Below, piece by piece: positions 44,682 to 53,874 of a DNA stretch of 57,032 nucleotides (the stretch's first letter is position 1; each line of letters begins with the position of its first letter). A program made the position numbers and the translations under genes. The notes beneath the pieces were generated by a model that saw only the letters and a program-made list of their open reading frames with translations, did no database searches and was not told the DNA's origin. This DNA comes from Persicimonas sp. (GTDB lineage Bacteria > Myxococcota_A > Bradymonadia > Bradymonadales > Bradymonadaceae), in the NCBI GenBank assembly GCA_046545675.1, contig JBKGZI010000001.1, forward strand, positions 1 through 57,032, written 5' to 3'.

Positions 44682-46406
44682 TCAGCCGCCGTCGGGAGCC
44701 GTGTTTCGCGCGACTTCTTCGGGGGTGGTGACGCCGGCGAGCATCTTGTTGATCCCCGCCTGACGCAGGGTGTCCATCCCCATGCGCACGGCCTCGCCTT
44801 TGAGTTCGGCGGTCGAGTAGCCCTGCAAGATATATTCTTTGAGTTCGTCGTTGCAGCGCAGGATTTCGTAGAATGCCACGCGGCCCCTATAGCCACTGTC
44901 GCCGCAGGCCGAGCAGCCCTTGCCGTGGTAGATGGGCTGGTCGAGCTTGTCCTCGGGGACCTGCATGTCGATGAGCGTCTTCTTGGGAACCTCGATACGC
45001 TCTTTGCACTCCATGCAGATGCGTCGGGCCAGACGCTGAGCGACGATGACGTTGAGCGCCGAGGTGACCAGAAACGGCTCGATGCCCATATTGAGCAGGC
45101 GGTTGATGGTGCTCGGGGCGTCGTTGGTGTGCAGAGTGCTCAGGACCATGTGGCCGGTCAGCGCAGCCTTGATGGAGATCTCGGCGGTCTCGAAGTCGCG
45201 AATCTCACCGACCATGATGATATCGGGGTCCTGGCGCAAAAATGAGCGCAGCGCCGCGGCGAAGTTAAGCCCGATCGACTCCTGCATCTGGCACTGGTTG
45301 ATGCCGTCGAGGTTGAATTCGACGGGATCTTCGGCCGTGGAGATATTCTCGGTGACCTGGTTGAGCTCGCTCAGCGCCGAATAGAGCGTGGTCGTTTTGC
45401 CGGAGCCGGTTGGGCCGGTGACCAGGCACATCCCGAACGGCTGGTGGATGGCGGTCTTGAACCAGCTCAGCGGTTCGGGCTCGAAGCCCAGCTTGGTCAT
45501 GTCGAGCTCGAGGTTGGACTTATCGAGCAGGCGCATGACGATCTTTTCGCCGAATAGCGTCGGGAGCACGCTGACGCGAAAGTCCATCTCCTGGTTTCGG
45601 CCCATGCGCAGCTTGATACGCCCGTCCTGGGGCAGCCGGCGCTCGGCGATGTCCAGGCTACTCATAATCTTGATACGCGAGGTGATCGCGTTTTTGAGCT
45701 TGGCCGGCGGTCGCATCACCTCGTCGAGGACGCCGTCGACGCGAAAGCGCACCCGGAAGTCCTTTTCGTACGGCTCGATGTGAATGTCGGAGGCGCCGCG
45801 CTTGATGGCGTCGACCAAGATCAAGTTGACCAGTCGAATGACCGGGGCATCTTCGGAGGCCGACGCCAAATCACTTACGTCGACGGCACCGTCGTCGTCT
45901 TCGACATAATCGACCTCGTCGATGTCGAGATCGCCCAGGATCTCGTCATAGTCGTAGTCCATCTCATCTTGGACGCCATAACTGTCGTTGATGGCGTCTT
46001 CGATGGCCGACTCGCTGGCGACGACCACCTCGATATTATAGCCGGTCATGAACTTGAGGTCGTCGATGGCGTAGATATTCGACGGGTCGGCCATCGCGAC
46101 CACCAGCGTCGCCCCGGAGCGGTTGACCGGCATGCATTGATGCCGCTCAGCCACCTCGCGCGGGATGAGCTGGATGATGTTCTCGGGGATGTCGATATCG
46201 GCCAGGTTGACCGAGGGCACCCCGTAGTGCTTGCTCAGAAACGAGGTCAGATCTCCGGCATCAACGTAGCCCAGCCGGGTCAATTCGTAGCCGAGCCGGC
46301 TGCCTTGGCGCTGGGAGCGCTGTTGAGCTTTTCGGAGTTGGTCAGGGGAGATGACCTTTTCGCGGACGAGAAGTTCGCCGAGACGGTCCTTCGAATCGTT
46401 CGACAT
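44682..46406 (-). CDS. pilB: Type IV pilus extension ATPase PilB (GspE family)
   Basis: N-terminal GspE_N domain (LGELLVREKVISPDQL). Walker A GPTGSGKTTT. Tetracysteine motif (CMEC...CSAC). Confidence 0.9.
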   Translation of the reverse strand: MSNDSKDRLGELLVREKVISPDQLRKAQQRSQRQGSRLGYELTRLGYVDAGDLTSFLSKHYGVPSVNLADIDIPENIIQLIPREVAERHQCMPVNRSGATLVVAMADPSNIYAIDDLKFMTGYNIEVVVASESAIEDAINDSYGVQDEMDYDYDEILGDLDIDEVDYVEDDDGAVDVSDLASASEDAPVIRLVNLILVDAIKRGASDIHIEPYEKDFRVRFRVDGVLDEVMRPPAKLKNAITSRIKIMSSLDIAERRLPQDGRIKLRMGRNQEMDFRVSVLPTLFGEKIVMRLLDKSNLELDMTKLGFEPEPLSWFKTAIHQPFGMCLVTGPTGSGKTTTLYSALSELNQVTENISTAEDPVEFNLDGINQCQMQESIGLNFAAALRSFLRQDPDIIMVGEIRDFETAEISIKAALTGHMVLSTLHTNDAPSTINRLLNMGIEPFLVTSALNVIVAQRLARRICMECKERIEVPKKTLIDMQVPEDKLDQPIYHGKGCSACGDSGYRGRVAFYEILRCNDELKEYILQGYSTAELKGEAVRMGMDTLRQAGINKMLAGVTTPEEVARNTAPDGG

Positions 46407-46596
46407 ATATCAGTTGCCGTATGCGGGCTTAGAATAAAGCAGAAACCACAGATCCGCGCTCGCTGAGCGCCACCGGTTGGCGACGGCTGAGGGCGATGCG
46501 TCGAATCCATCACGGGTTGTGGGCAGAAGCCGCTAACTGTGGTCGAGCCTATCAGCCGCCCCCCAACGTGTCAATTTGCTAGCCGTTGACGACTAT

Positions 46597-47409
46597 CTAT
46601 TTACCGTCTACTGACGCCAGCACAAAGAAGAGATGGCTAAAAATATAGCGCAGCGCGCGGGGTACCGGGGCGCTTTCGATTCGGCTGAGCCATTTCATCA
46701 GCGGCGGCAGCTGACCGCGCGCATAAAAGTCGGCGATGGGCGCGCTCCACTCGAAGATGTCCACATCGTCGCCGCCATTGAGGTGCAGGCGTACATCCCG
46801 AAATCCCGGCGGGTCCGGCCAGCCGGGCATGTCGAAGAGCCCGAAGTCGCAGGGAGCAGCGCCCGCGTCTCGATAGGCGGCGCGGACCCGATGCGGCCAG
46901 AAATAGTCGGTCTCACCGTGCGTCCACTCCAGGCCGAGCGCCCAGTGCAGGAAGTGATGCCACGGGTAGCCCAGGTTGTAGGCGTTGCAGTGGACCGTCA
47001 GAACATAGCGTCCGGACAGGCGGACCATCTCCGCCAAGACTTGCTCGAAATCGCTGCGAAATCCGACGCTTACGAAGTTCCACACCAGATCCCACCGGCC
47101 CGTGTCCAGCTCGGACTGGCTCAATTGGTCGACCTCGACGACCTCGATGCGGTCCTCGAGGCCGAGTCTTCGCCAGACGTCGACGCCCTGGGGGGAGGGG
47201 TTGACCAATGTAATGTCGCAGCCAAGCGCGCCCAGGGCGAGGCTATAGATCGACGGCATGGCTTTGGCGCCTTCCGCCGGATATTCGAGCACCGTTTGGA
47301 TCGGGTAGCGCGAGAGCAACTGCTCGAAGACGCGATCGAGGCGCAGCCGATCGTAGGTGATTCCGTAGGGTTCGCGTTCGTGGCGGGTCGGGGCGGACGT
47401 GTCGTTCAT
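46597..47409 (-). CDS. Methyltransferase-fold hypothetical protein (motif I not canonical)
   Basis: Rossmann-like beta-alpha pattern (VLEYPAEGAKAM..., DITLVNPS, WDLVWNFVSV, GRYVLTVH), but the G-x-G-x-G position reads YPAEGA. Last gene of the radical-SAM/GT operon. Confidence 0.5.
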   Translation of the reverse strand: MNDTSAPTRHEREPYGITYDRLRLDRVFEQLLSRYPIQTVLEYPAEGAKAMPSIYSLALGALGCDITLVNPSPQGVDVWRRLGLEDRIEVVEVDQLSQSELDTGRWDLVWNFVSVGFRSDFEQVLAEMVRLSGRYVLTVHCNAYNLGYPWHHFLHWALGLEWTHGETDYFWPHRVRAAYRDAGAAPCDFGLFDMPGWPDPPGFRDVRLHLNGGDDVDIFEWSAPIADFYARGQLPPLMKWLSRIESAPVPRALRYIFSHLFFVLASVDGK

Positions 47410-47436
47410 AAATGAGGGCCGAAGGGGACGTGAGGC

Positions 47437-48528
47437 TTATGATGAGATCGAGTCGAGCGCCTCGGGCGATGAGATCGAATCGAGCGTCTCGGAGACCGGC
47501 TCGGGCTCGTCGATGCTCGGGCTACGATCTGAGCGGAGAGCGGCCAACGCCTGAGCTGAGCGGCTTTGGTCCTTGGGGGTTACCTTGTAATTTGCCTTTC
47601 TGGCGTGCTGCGAGCGCGCGATCATTTCTCCAACCAGTCCCGTGCTCACCAGCTGGATGCCGACGAGCACGAGCAAAATCCCCAGAAATAACAGTGGCCT
47701 ATCGCCCAGTGGGATGCCATAAGCCAGCTTGAGTACGCTTAAATACAGCAAGACACCTGTTCCGCCGCCGGCCAAGATCAGACCCACGCCGCCGAACGCA
47801 TGAAGAGGGCGCGTCGCATAGCGGGTGAGCAAGACCACGGTCAGCAAGTCGAGGAAGCCGCGGGTAAATCGCTCCGGGCCGTATTTGGATCGGCCAAAGC
47901 GCCGGGGGTAGTGCTGGACGGCGATTTCGGTGACCCTAAACCCTTGGTGGTGTAGAAGGACCGGGATGTAGCGGTGCAGTTCACCGTATAATTCGAGTTC
48001 ATCGAGCGTTTCGCGTCGGTAGGCCTTCAGCCCGCAATTATAATCGTGCAGTGGAATGCCGGAGACGCTGCGAAGCGTCAGGTTGAACAGCCAGGAGGGC
48101 AGTTTCTTGGTCCAGGGATCCTTGCGCTCCTTCTTCCAGCCGCTGACCACATCGTAGCCATCGGCGAGTTTTGCCAAGAGGGCGGGGATCTCGTTTGGGT
48201 CGTCCTGTAGATCGCCGTCGATGGTCACCACGACCTCGCCGGTTGCCCGCTCGAAGCCAGCGCTCAACGCGGCGGCCTTCCCGAAATTTCGGCGAAATGA
48301 GACGACCCGCACGCTGGAGTTGGCCTCTTCGATCTGCGCGAGCGCCTCGCTGGTACCGTCGGTGGAGCCGTCGTCGACGAAGATGATCTCGAAGCTTCCC
48401 GTCGTCCCGCAAAGCTCTTCGAGAACAGAACGCAGCTTGGTGGTGATCAGCGGCACGTTGTCCACCTCGTTAAAACAGGGGACAATCACCGAGATTAGAG
48501 ACTGATCAGATGTGGAGTCATCACGCAT
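47437..48528 (-). CDS. GT2 polyprenyl-phosphate glycosyltransferase (DPM1/ArnC/GtrB-like) with C-terminal TM helices
   Basis: ATG at 48528. ISVIVPCFNE, FVDDGSTDGT, and DxD in TIDGDLQDDP. Two C-terminal TM helices. Tandem-duplicated tail (ETLDSISS/EALDSISS). Confidence 0.85.
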   Translation of the reverse strand: MRDDSTSDQSLISVIVPCFNEVDNVPLITTKLRSVLEELCGTTGSFEIIFVDDGSTDGTSEALAQIEEANSSVRVVSFRRNFGKAAALSAGFERATGEVVVTIDGDLQDDPNEIPALLAKLADGYDVVSGWKKERKDPWTKKLPSWLFNLTLRSVSGIPLHDYNCGLKAYRRETLDELELYGELHRYIPVLLHHQGFRVTEIAVQHYPRRFGRSKYGPERFTRGFLDLLTVVLLTRYATRPLHAFGGVGLILAGGGTGVLLYLSVLKLAYGIPLGDRPLLFLGILLVLVGIQLVSTGLVGEMIARSQHARKANYKVTPKDQSRSAQALAALRSDRSPSIDEPEPVSETLDSISSPEALDSISS

Positions 48529-48634
48529 CGATATCGCTACTGCATGCAGGGGCTTCGATGGTAGGTGAGTCCAGCGAGGCTGTCCACTTTCCGGCGCAAC
48601 CAACTGCGGCGGCCATGGAGCTGTTCTCGCCGCT

Positions 48635-49696
48635 TCAATCGTTTAGCTGCCCGTCTCGCACATAGCCCACATAGGTCGGCCCGAGCATGTCGAAGAGGTC
48701 TTGGACCTGCGGGTCGAAGCCGAGCTCACGGCGAGCCTTGGCAACTGAGATGCGCCGGTCGGCCAGGAAGAGATCGAGCCTGCCCGGCGTGATCGGCGGA
48801 TTGAACGAACCCACCACCCCCGCGAGGGCCTCAAAGACGTGTGCCACACCACGCACGGGCAACACTGGTACGGGTACTCCGCTTCGGCCGGAGCCGACCA
48901 GCCGTCGGGCCACGTCCAAGATCTCATCGAGGGTATGACCGGCGTCCGAATGGATGAGGTAGATCTCGCCGGCGCGTCCTCGCGTCAGCGCAGCCGTCGC
49001 CGCTTGGATGACATCACGTACGTCGATGAGCGGCTTCGTCTGGTTCATCTGACCGCCAATCTTCGGGAAAAGCCCCCAGCGCGCCAGACGAAAGAGCTCG
49101 AGCGGCTCACCGCCGTCCTTGCCGGGCCCCAGGATCAAGCACGGTCGCAGGATGACGACGTCGAGCCCGTCGCGCTCGTGCATCTCGAGGAGCGCTACTT
49201 CGGCTCGACGCTTGGAGATCTGGTAGGGCGCTTTGGGTATGCAGGTGGTCGTCTCGTCGACCTCTGTGGCGGTGACCGGCCCCATCGCGGCGGTCGAGGA
49301 CAGGTGGACCATACGGATGCCTGCCTGGGCAATCTCACCGGCCAGATTGCGCGTGCCGTCGACGTTTACCCGAATGAAGATCTCTTGTGACTCTTGGGAT
49401 TCGTCGAAGGTGCCTTTGACCGCGCAGGCGCAATGAATGACTGCGTCGACGCCTTCGCAGATTCCCTGGAGCGATGCCTGCTGCGTCAGATCACCCTCGA
49501 AGAGTTCGACGTCGCCAGACTCTTTGGCCAGCGCATCGCGTACGTTCGACGGGAGCCTGTCGAGGTTGCTGCTCGGGCGCACTAAAAGGCGTAGATCGAC
49601 GCCGTCTGTGCATAGTGCGGCTGCAATACGGCCGCCTACAAAGCCCGTAGCGCCCGTGACGAGCACGCGTTTGGGAGATGTCAGGTCGTTTGTCAT
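48635..49696 (-). CDS. NAD-dependent epimerase/dehydratase-family (extended SDR) protein
   Basis: VLVTGATGFVGGRI at the N-terminus and a YxxxK-type catalytic region (APYQISKRRAE). Confidence 0.85.
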   Translation of the reverse strand: MTNDLTSPKRVLVTGATGFVGGRIAAALCTDGVDLRLLVRPSSNLDRLPSNVRDALAKESGDVELFEGDLTQQASLQGICEGVDAVIHCACAVKGTFDESQESQEIFIRVNVDGTRNLAGEIAQAGIRMVHLSSTAAMGPVTATEVDETTTCIPKAPYQISKRRAEVALLEMHERDGLDVVILRPCLILGPGKDGGEPLELFRLARWGLFPKIGGQMNQTKPLIDVRDVIQAATAALTRGRAGEIYLIHSDAGHTLDEILDVARRLVGSGRSGVPVPVLPVRGVAHVFEALAGVVGSFNPPITPGRLDLFLADRRISVAKARRELGFDPQVQDLFDMLGPTYVGYVRDGQLND

Positions 49697-49741
49697 GAGT
49701 CTCGGGGAGTGGTTGCCAGGGAGATCGGGATCGAAGACATA

Positions 49742-50851
49742 TTAGGATGAACCGAGCAGAGCGTCGACCAGCGGTTGCCATCCGGCATTATTGGCGGCGA
49801 CCGGCGGGGCCTCAGTAGGGTGACACAACACGCGGCGTAATGAGTCGGCGAGAGCAGCGGGATCTTCCGGCGTGAACCACTCGATAGCTTCATCTGCGAA
49901 GGCATGCTCCAAGGTGGGGAGCCGGCTCATGAGGACCGGTACGCCGCAGGCCAGGGCGACGTTGGCCGCGCCGCTTCCGGTCGCCTGTCGGTAGGGCAAA
50001 ACACACGCATCCGCGGCGCGAAACAGCACCGGCACCTCCTCGTTGGGCACGTAGCGGTTTTCGAGTCGCACACGCTCCTCGAGATCCAGTCGCTCTATCT
50101 GGCGGCGGTAATCCTCTTCGGAGCCGTATATCTCACCGGCGACGATGAGTTCCCAGTCGATATCGTCGGGTAGTGTACTCGCCGCTTCCAGGAGTACGTC
50201 GACTCCTTTGTAGGGGCGGACGAGGCCGAAAAAGAGCAGAAGATGTCGAGCCTCGACCCCGTAGCGCTGGCGTGCCTCGGCGCGTGTGCACGACGCTTCG
50301 AGCTCGGTGAAGATATCGTAGCGCGGGTGGGCGGCGACCGTGATCGGCCTTCGAGTTCCGATGAGCTCCTCGAGCCGCTCGCGCTCCGCCTGCGACTGCA
50401 CCACGAAGCGCGAGGGGAGGGCGTAGGCCAGCCGCAACAGCGTGCGATCGACGGGCGTCGACTCGTGGGGTTCGACGTTGTGGCACATCATCACCACTTC
50501 GCAGCCGGCCAGCCGCGCCAGCGTTGCCACCGCCGCGTAGCCCGGCGCGAAAAATGGATGCCACCACTGTAAAATGACGCGATCCGGACGATCGGTACGA
50601 AGCCGCCGGCCAACCTCGAGCCAGCTACGGGGATCGAGCGGGTCGTAGATCCGCTTTGCCGGCGCCGCAAAAGCGTGCTCGCTGTCGTCGAGCTGGCTCT
50701 TCCCCGGAAAGAAGATCTCGAGATAGAGGCGTCGAAAGTTAAACAGCGTCACGCGGTGCCCCTGACGGACCAGTTCGGCGTGCAGGCTCGCCGTATGGTG
50801 GGCGATGCCCCCGCGCCAGGGATGAGTGGGGCCGAGGATGGCGATGTACAA
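49742..50851 (-). CDS. GT4-family (GT-B fold) glycosyltransferase
   Basis: TTG start with GGAG upstream. C-terminal GT1/GT4 pattern (LLFFGLVRPYKGVDVLLEA..., VLPYRQATGSGAANVALACGVPVL). Confidence 0.8.
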   Translation of the reverse strand: MYIAILGPTHPWRGGIAHHTASLHAELVRQGHRVTLFNFRRLYLEIFFPGKSQLDDSEHAFAAPAKRIYDPLDPRSWLEVGRRLRTDRPDRVILQWWHPFFAPGYAAVATLARLAGCEVVMMCHNVEPHESTPVDRTLLRLAYALPSRFVVQSQAERERLEELIGTRRPITVAAHPRYDIFTELEASCTRAEARQRYGVEARHLLLFFGLVRPYKGVDVLLEAASTLPDDIDWELIVAGEIYGSEEDYRRQIERLDLEERVRLENRYVPNEEVPVLFRAADACVLPYRQATGSGAANVALACGVPVLMSRLPTLEHAFADEAIEWFTPEDPAALADSLRRVLCHPTEAPPVAANNAGWQPLVDALLGSS

Positions 50852-50869
50852 CGTGGCTCCGGTGATTGC

Positions 50870-52261
50870 TCAGGACTGGGCGGCGTGGCTGGCGTTGGGG
50901 CCGGTGGGCGCGCGAAGCTCGCCGACGGGTCGTTCGGGCTGCTCGGGGCCGGGCAAGGGCGTGCCGAACGTGTCGATGACTTCACCGCGCGCCATGCGCA
51001 CCAGGTCCGGATGGGCTTCATCAAAGGGGTGAGGCTCGTTACGCGTGACGTCGGCTTGCTCAGCGCGCTCCATCGGCGCTGTCTCGTCGTCGAGCACGCC
51101 AACTCTGCGGCCGATCGCTCTAAGCTTGGTCCGCGCCATGAGCGCAAACGTCTCGACCATCTTCTCGGGAGACAGCAGCATATTGGCGTAAGCCTGGTTG
51201 GCCAGCGGACAATCACATTCGCCGCGCTTGATACTCCCGCGCACCTCAGCGGCGCGATCTGAATGCCACACCGACCAGAAGTCATAGTCGTGGTCTTTGA
51301 CGTTCCCCATCGAATTACTGTCGGCGAGCACTGCACACGGCCAGACTTCGCCGTAGGGATTTATATGCACGTTGGTGACGCCCGCATAGCAGGGGATGAC
51401 CTGCTCGCGCTTCTCCAGCCAATCGGCCGTCAGGTCGTAGTAGACGTGGCGCATGGCCTGGGTCAGAAGCTCCAAGCCCCCGAGTTTCTCCATGCGCTTT
51501 CGGGTCGAGCGTTGGAACGGCGAGATAGCTACGCGGTAGCGCTCGTGATCTGGAGTGATGCCCGTCGAACTATTTCGCATCTCGAGGCGCTCTTCGGCGA
51601 CCTCCGAGATGTAGGTGTCGACGTCGAGCTCCTCGGCGGCACGGATCGTCTCGGGCAGCTTGTGGATATTCATCGTCGAGATGACCGTACCGACGCCTAC
51701 GCCCAAGGTGGGCCAGTCGTCTTGGAGCTGTTGTAGCCCGCCGACCGTTTTGATGAGCTTCTCCCAATTCCCCTTTACGCCGCGCACCCAATCGTGGTCG
51801 GTGCCCACGCCGTCCATGCTCGGCTTGAGGGTCAGCTTCACGTGGCCAAAGCCGGCATCGCGCAGGCGGCGCAGGATCTCCTCGGTCCGGCGAAGCACTC
51901 GCCGAGGCATCAAGGCGTTGGTCGGGATATGCACCACGTTCGGGTCGAGGTGCTCACAAGCGAGCAGGATGATGTCGACGAGGTCCCCGCGCAAAAACGG
52001 CTCGCCACCCGAGATATTGAAAAAGTAGACCGGCCCGATGGTCTCGAAGAGTCTTTCAATCTCATGGAGGCTCAACTCGTCGGCGAGACGCTCGCGCTCG
52101 GCTGGATAGATCTTCCAGATATCACAGGATCGACAGCGCGAATTGCACTTATTGGTCACCGAATACGTCAAGTTGATCGGTGCTGGCGGACGGCCCAGGC
52201 CGCTGTGGCTGAGCTTGGCCTTTGCCAGCCGAGGCAGAATTTCGCGCAGGAGTCGGATCAT
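50870..52261 (-). CDS. Radical SAM enzyme with Cys-containing C-terminal (SPASM/twitch-like) extension
   Basis: CxxxCxxC (TNKCNSRCRSCDIW), GGEPFL, and C-terminal Cys cluster (IPCYAG...WPCAV...GECDCPL). I prefer the ATG at 52261 (MIRLLREI); the ORF is open up to 52339. Confidence 0.85.
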   Translation of the reverse strand: MIRLLREILPRLAKAKLSHSGLGRPPAPINLTYSVTNKCNSRCRSCDIWKIYPAERERLADELSLHEIERLFETIGPVYFFNISGGEPFLRGDLVDIILLACEHLDPNVVHIPTNALMPRRVLRRTEEILRRLRDAGFGHVKLTLKPSMDGVGTDHDWVRGVKGNWEKLIKTVGGLQQLQDDWPTLGVGVGTVISTMNIHKLPETIRAAEELDVDTYISEVAEERLEMRNSSTGITPDHERYRVAISPFQRSTRKRMEKLGGLELLTQAMRHVYYDLTADWLEKREQVIPCYAGVTNVHINPYGEVWPCAVLADSNSMGNVKDHDYDFWSVWHSDRAAEVRGSIKRGECDCPLANQAYANMLLSPEKMVETFALMARTKLRAIGRRVGVLDDETAPMERAEQADVTRNEPHPFDEAHPDLVRMARGEVIDTFGTPLPGPEQPERPVGELRAPTGPNASHAAQS

Positions 52262-52304
52262 ATCAGCCCCATTGTCCAGTTGATGCCCGTGATTGGCAAG
52301 AGCA

Positions 52305-52319
52305 TCCGGTCCTACCGGA
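52305..52319. promoter_or_regulatory. Palindrome TCCGGT-CCT-ACCGGA between radical-SAM operon and marR (candidate MarR operator)
   Basis: Read directly. Sits in the 135-bp divergent region if the radical SAM gene starts at 52261. Confidence 0.25.
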
Positions 52320-52396
52320 CCCGATGGCTTGACGCCCACGGCGTGCAGGCTACTTTGGTCGGGCGAGTCTTACGCATTCTCAGGCCATTGGATCCC

Positions 52397-52861
52397 ATGC
52401 CAACTCATTATAAGGGCAGCGAAGGTGAGCGCCGCGCGCTCGATACGTATATTAAATTTGTGCGGGCGGCCGAGTCGGTTATCGCGCATTTGTCGGGCGC
52501 GTTGTCCGAGTATAATTTAACGTTGAGCCAGTTTGGTACCCTGGAGGTCCTCTACCACCTGGGGCCGCTGTGCCAGAAGGCCATCGGCGAGAAGCTGCTC
52601 AAAAGTGGCGGAAATATCACGATGGTGGTCAATAATCTGGAGGACCGTGACCTGGTCAGCCGCAGTCGGCTCGAGAGCGATCGCCGCTATGTGTCGGTCG
52701 ATCTCACCGACAAGGGCCGTGAGCTCATCGAGGAGGTCCTCCCCGGCCACGTCGACAAGATCGTGGATATCTTCGGGGTGCTCTCGGACGAGGAGCAGGT
52801 CGAGCTCGCTGGGCTGAGCAAGCGTGTGGGGATGCACGTGATCGGAGAGGACGGCTCGTGA
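52397..52861 (+). CDS. MarR-family transcriptional regulator
   Basis: ATG at 52397 (MPTHYKG); the upstream 201 codons of ORF 51794..52861 are antisense to the radical SAM gene. Winged-helix region (LSQFGTLEVLYHLGPLCQKAIGEKLLKSGGNITMVVNNLEDRDLVSR...DRRYVSVDLTDKG). Confidence 0.85.
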   Translation: MPTHYKGSEGERRALDTYIKFVRAAESVIAHLSGALSEYNLTLSQFGTLEVLYHLGPLCQKAIGEKLLKSGGNITMVVNNLEDRDLVSRSRLESDRRYVSVDLTDKGRELIEEVLPGHVDKIVDIFGVLSDEEQVELAGLSKRVGMHVIGEDGS

Positions 52862-53874
52862 GTGCGCGTTACGACGACGATTATATCTTGTCGGTCCAAA
52901 ATGTCACCAAGCGCTACGGGGATCTGACGGCGGTCGACGACGTATCGCTCGACATCGTGCCGGGTGAGATTTTTGCGCTGCTCGGGCCCAACGGGGCGGG
53001 CAAGACGACGCTCATCGGCTGTATTACGGGGATGATCACCCGCTTCGGCGGCGACATCACCGTGGCCGGCTATGACGTTCGGGACGACTACCGGATCACG
53101 CGGCGCCTGGTGGGACTTGTGCCCCAGGAGCTCAACTACGACTCGTTTTTCAACGTGCGCGAGGTCCTCAAATACCAGGGCGGCTACTTCGGCAAGCGCG
53201 TCGACTACGAGCGCATCGACGAGCTGCTCGAGCAGTTCTCGCTGGCCGACAAGGTCGACCAGAATACCCGGTGGTTGTCCGGCGGCATGAAGCGCCGGCT
53301 GATGATCTGCAAGGCGCTGATGCACGAGCCGGTGCTGCTGTTTTTGGACGAGCCGACCGCCGGCGTCGACGTCGAGCTTCGCGAGGAGTTGTGGGATTAC
53401 GTCCGACAGCTTCGCGACGGGGGCACCACCATCGTGCTGACCACCCATTATATCGAGGAGGCCGAGGAGTTAGCCGACCGGGTGGGTATCATCAGCCACG
53501 GCCGGCTTTTGCGCGTGGCCCCGCGCGAGCAGTTGATGAGCGAATTCGGCACCCGGCGCGTCGACGTTTGCCTGACCGAGGAGGTCCCCCGGGGCTTTGT
53601 GGAGAGCCTGGGCGAGCTCGACGTCGAGCAGGTCGAGGCGGACCGTCTGGCGGTCGTCGTCGAGGAGCGCGAGGTCCACGCCCCGGGCGCCTCGCCGGTC
53701 GAAAAGCTGCTTCGCGCGGTGCTCGATGCCGGCCTCGGCATCGACTACGTCGAGGGCGGGCGCACCTCGCTCGAGGAGATTTTCCGTGAGGTCGTCAACG
53801 CCGACGCCGACGCCGAGGCCGAATTGGTCGGCGCGGACAAGGAGTTGGTCGGGGCAGACAAGGAGGAGGCGTGA
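52858..53874 (+). CDS. ABC transporter ATP-binding protein
   Basis: GTG start overlapping the marR stop (GTGA). Walker A GPNGAGKTT, signature LSGGMKRR, Walker B LLFLDEPT. C-terminal tandem ELVGADK repeat. Confidence 0.85.
   Translation: MSARYDDDYILSVQNVTKRYGDLTAVDDVSLDIVPGEIFALLGPNGAGKTTLIGCITGMITRFGGDITVAGYDVRDDYRITRRLVGLVPQELNYDSFFNVREVLKYQGGYFGKRVDYERIDELLEQFSLADKVDQNTRWLSGGMKRRLMICKALMHEPVLLFLDEPTAGVDVELREELWDYVRQLRDGGTTIVLTTHYIEEAEELADRVGIISHGRLLRVAPREQLMSEFGTRRVDVCLTEEVPRGFVESLGELDVEQVEADRLAVVVEEREVHAPGASPVEKLLRAVLDAGLGIDYVEGGRTSLEEIFREVVNADADAEAELVGADKELVGADKEEA

Noticed and set aside
47440-47500. In-frame tandem duplications at gene 3' ends: about 27 nt x2 in the GT2 tail (gatgagatcgagtcgagcg.../gatgagatcgaatcgagcg...), 21 nt x2 in the ABC ATPase tail at about 53815-53860, and ctcctcaga x3 at about 14111-14140.
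   Set aside because: These are short local duplications inside coding low-complexity tails. There is no sign of a regulatory or mobile function. They are noted only as minor slippage products.
52262-52339. Upstream 26 codons of the radical SAM ORF (MGVKPSGPVGPDALANHGHQLDNGAD).
   Set aside because: The stretch is Gly/Pro-rich with no RBS. The ATG at 52261 (MIRLLREILPRL) gives a typical distance to the CxxxCxxC motif. It is kept as an alternative start only.
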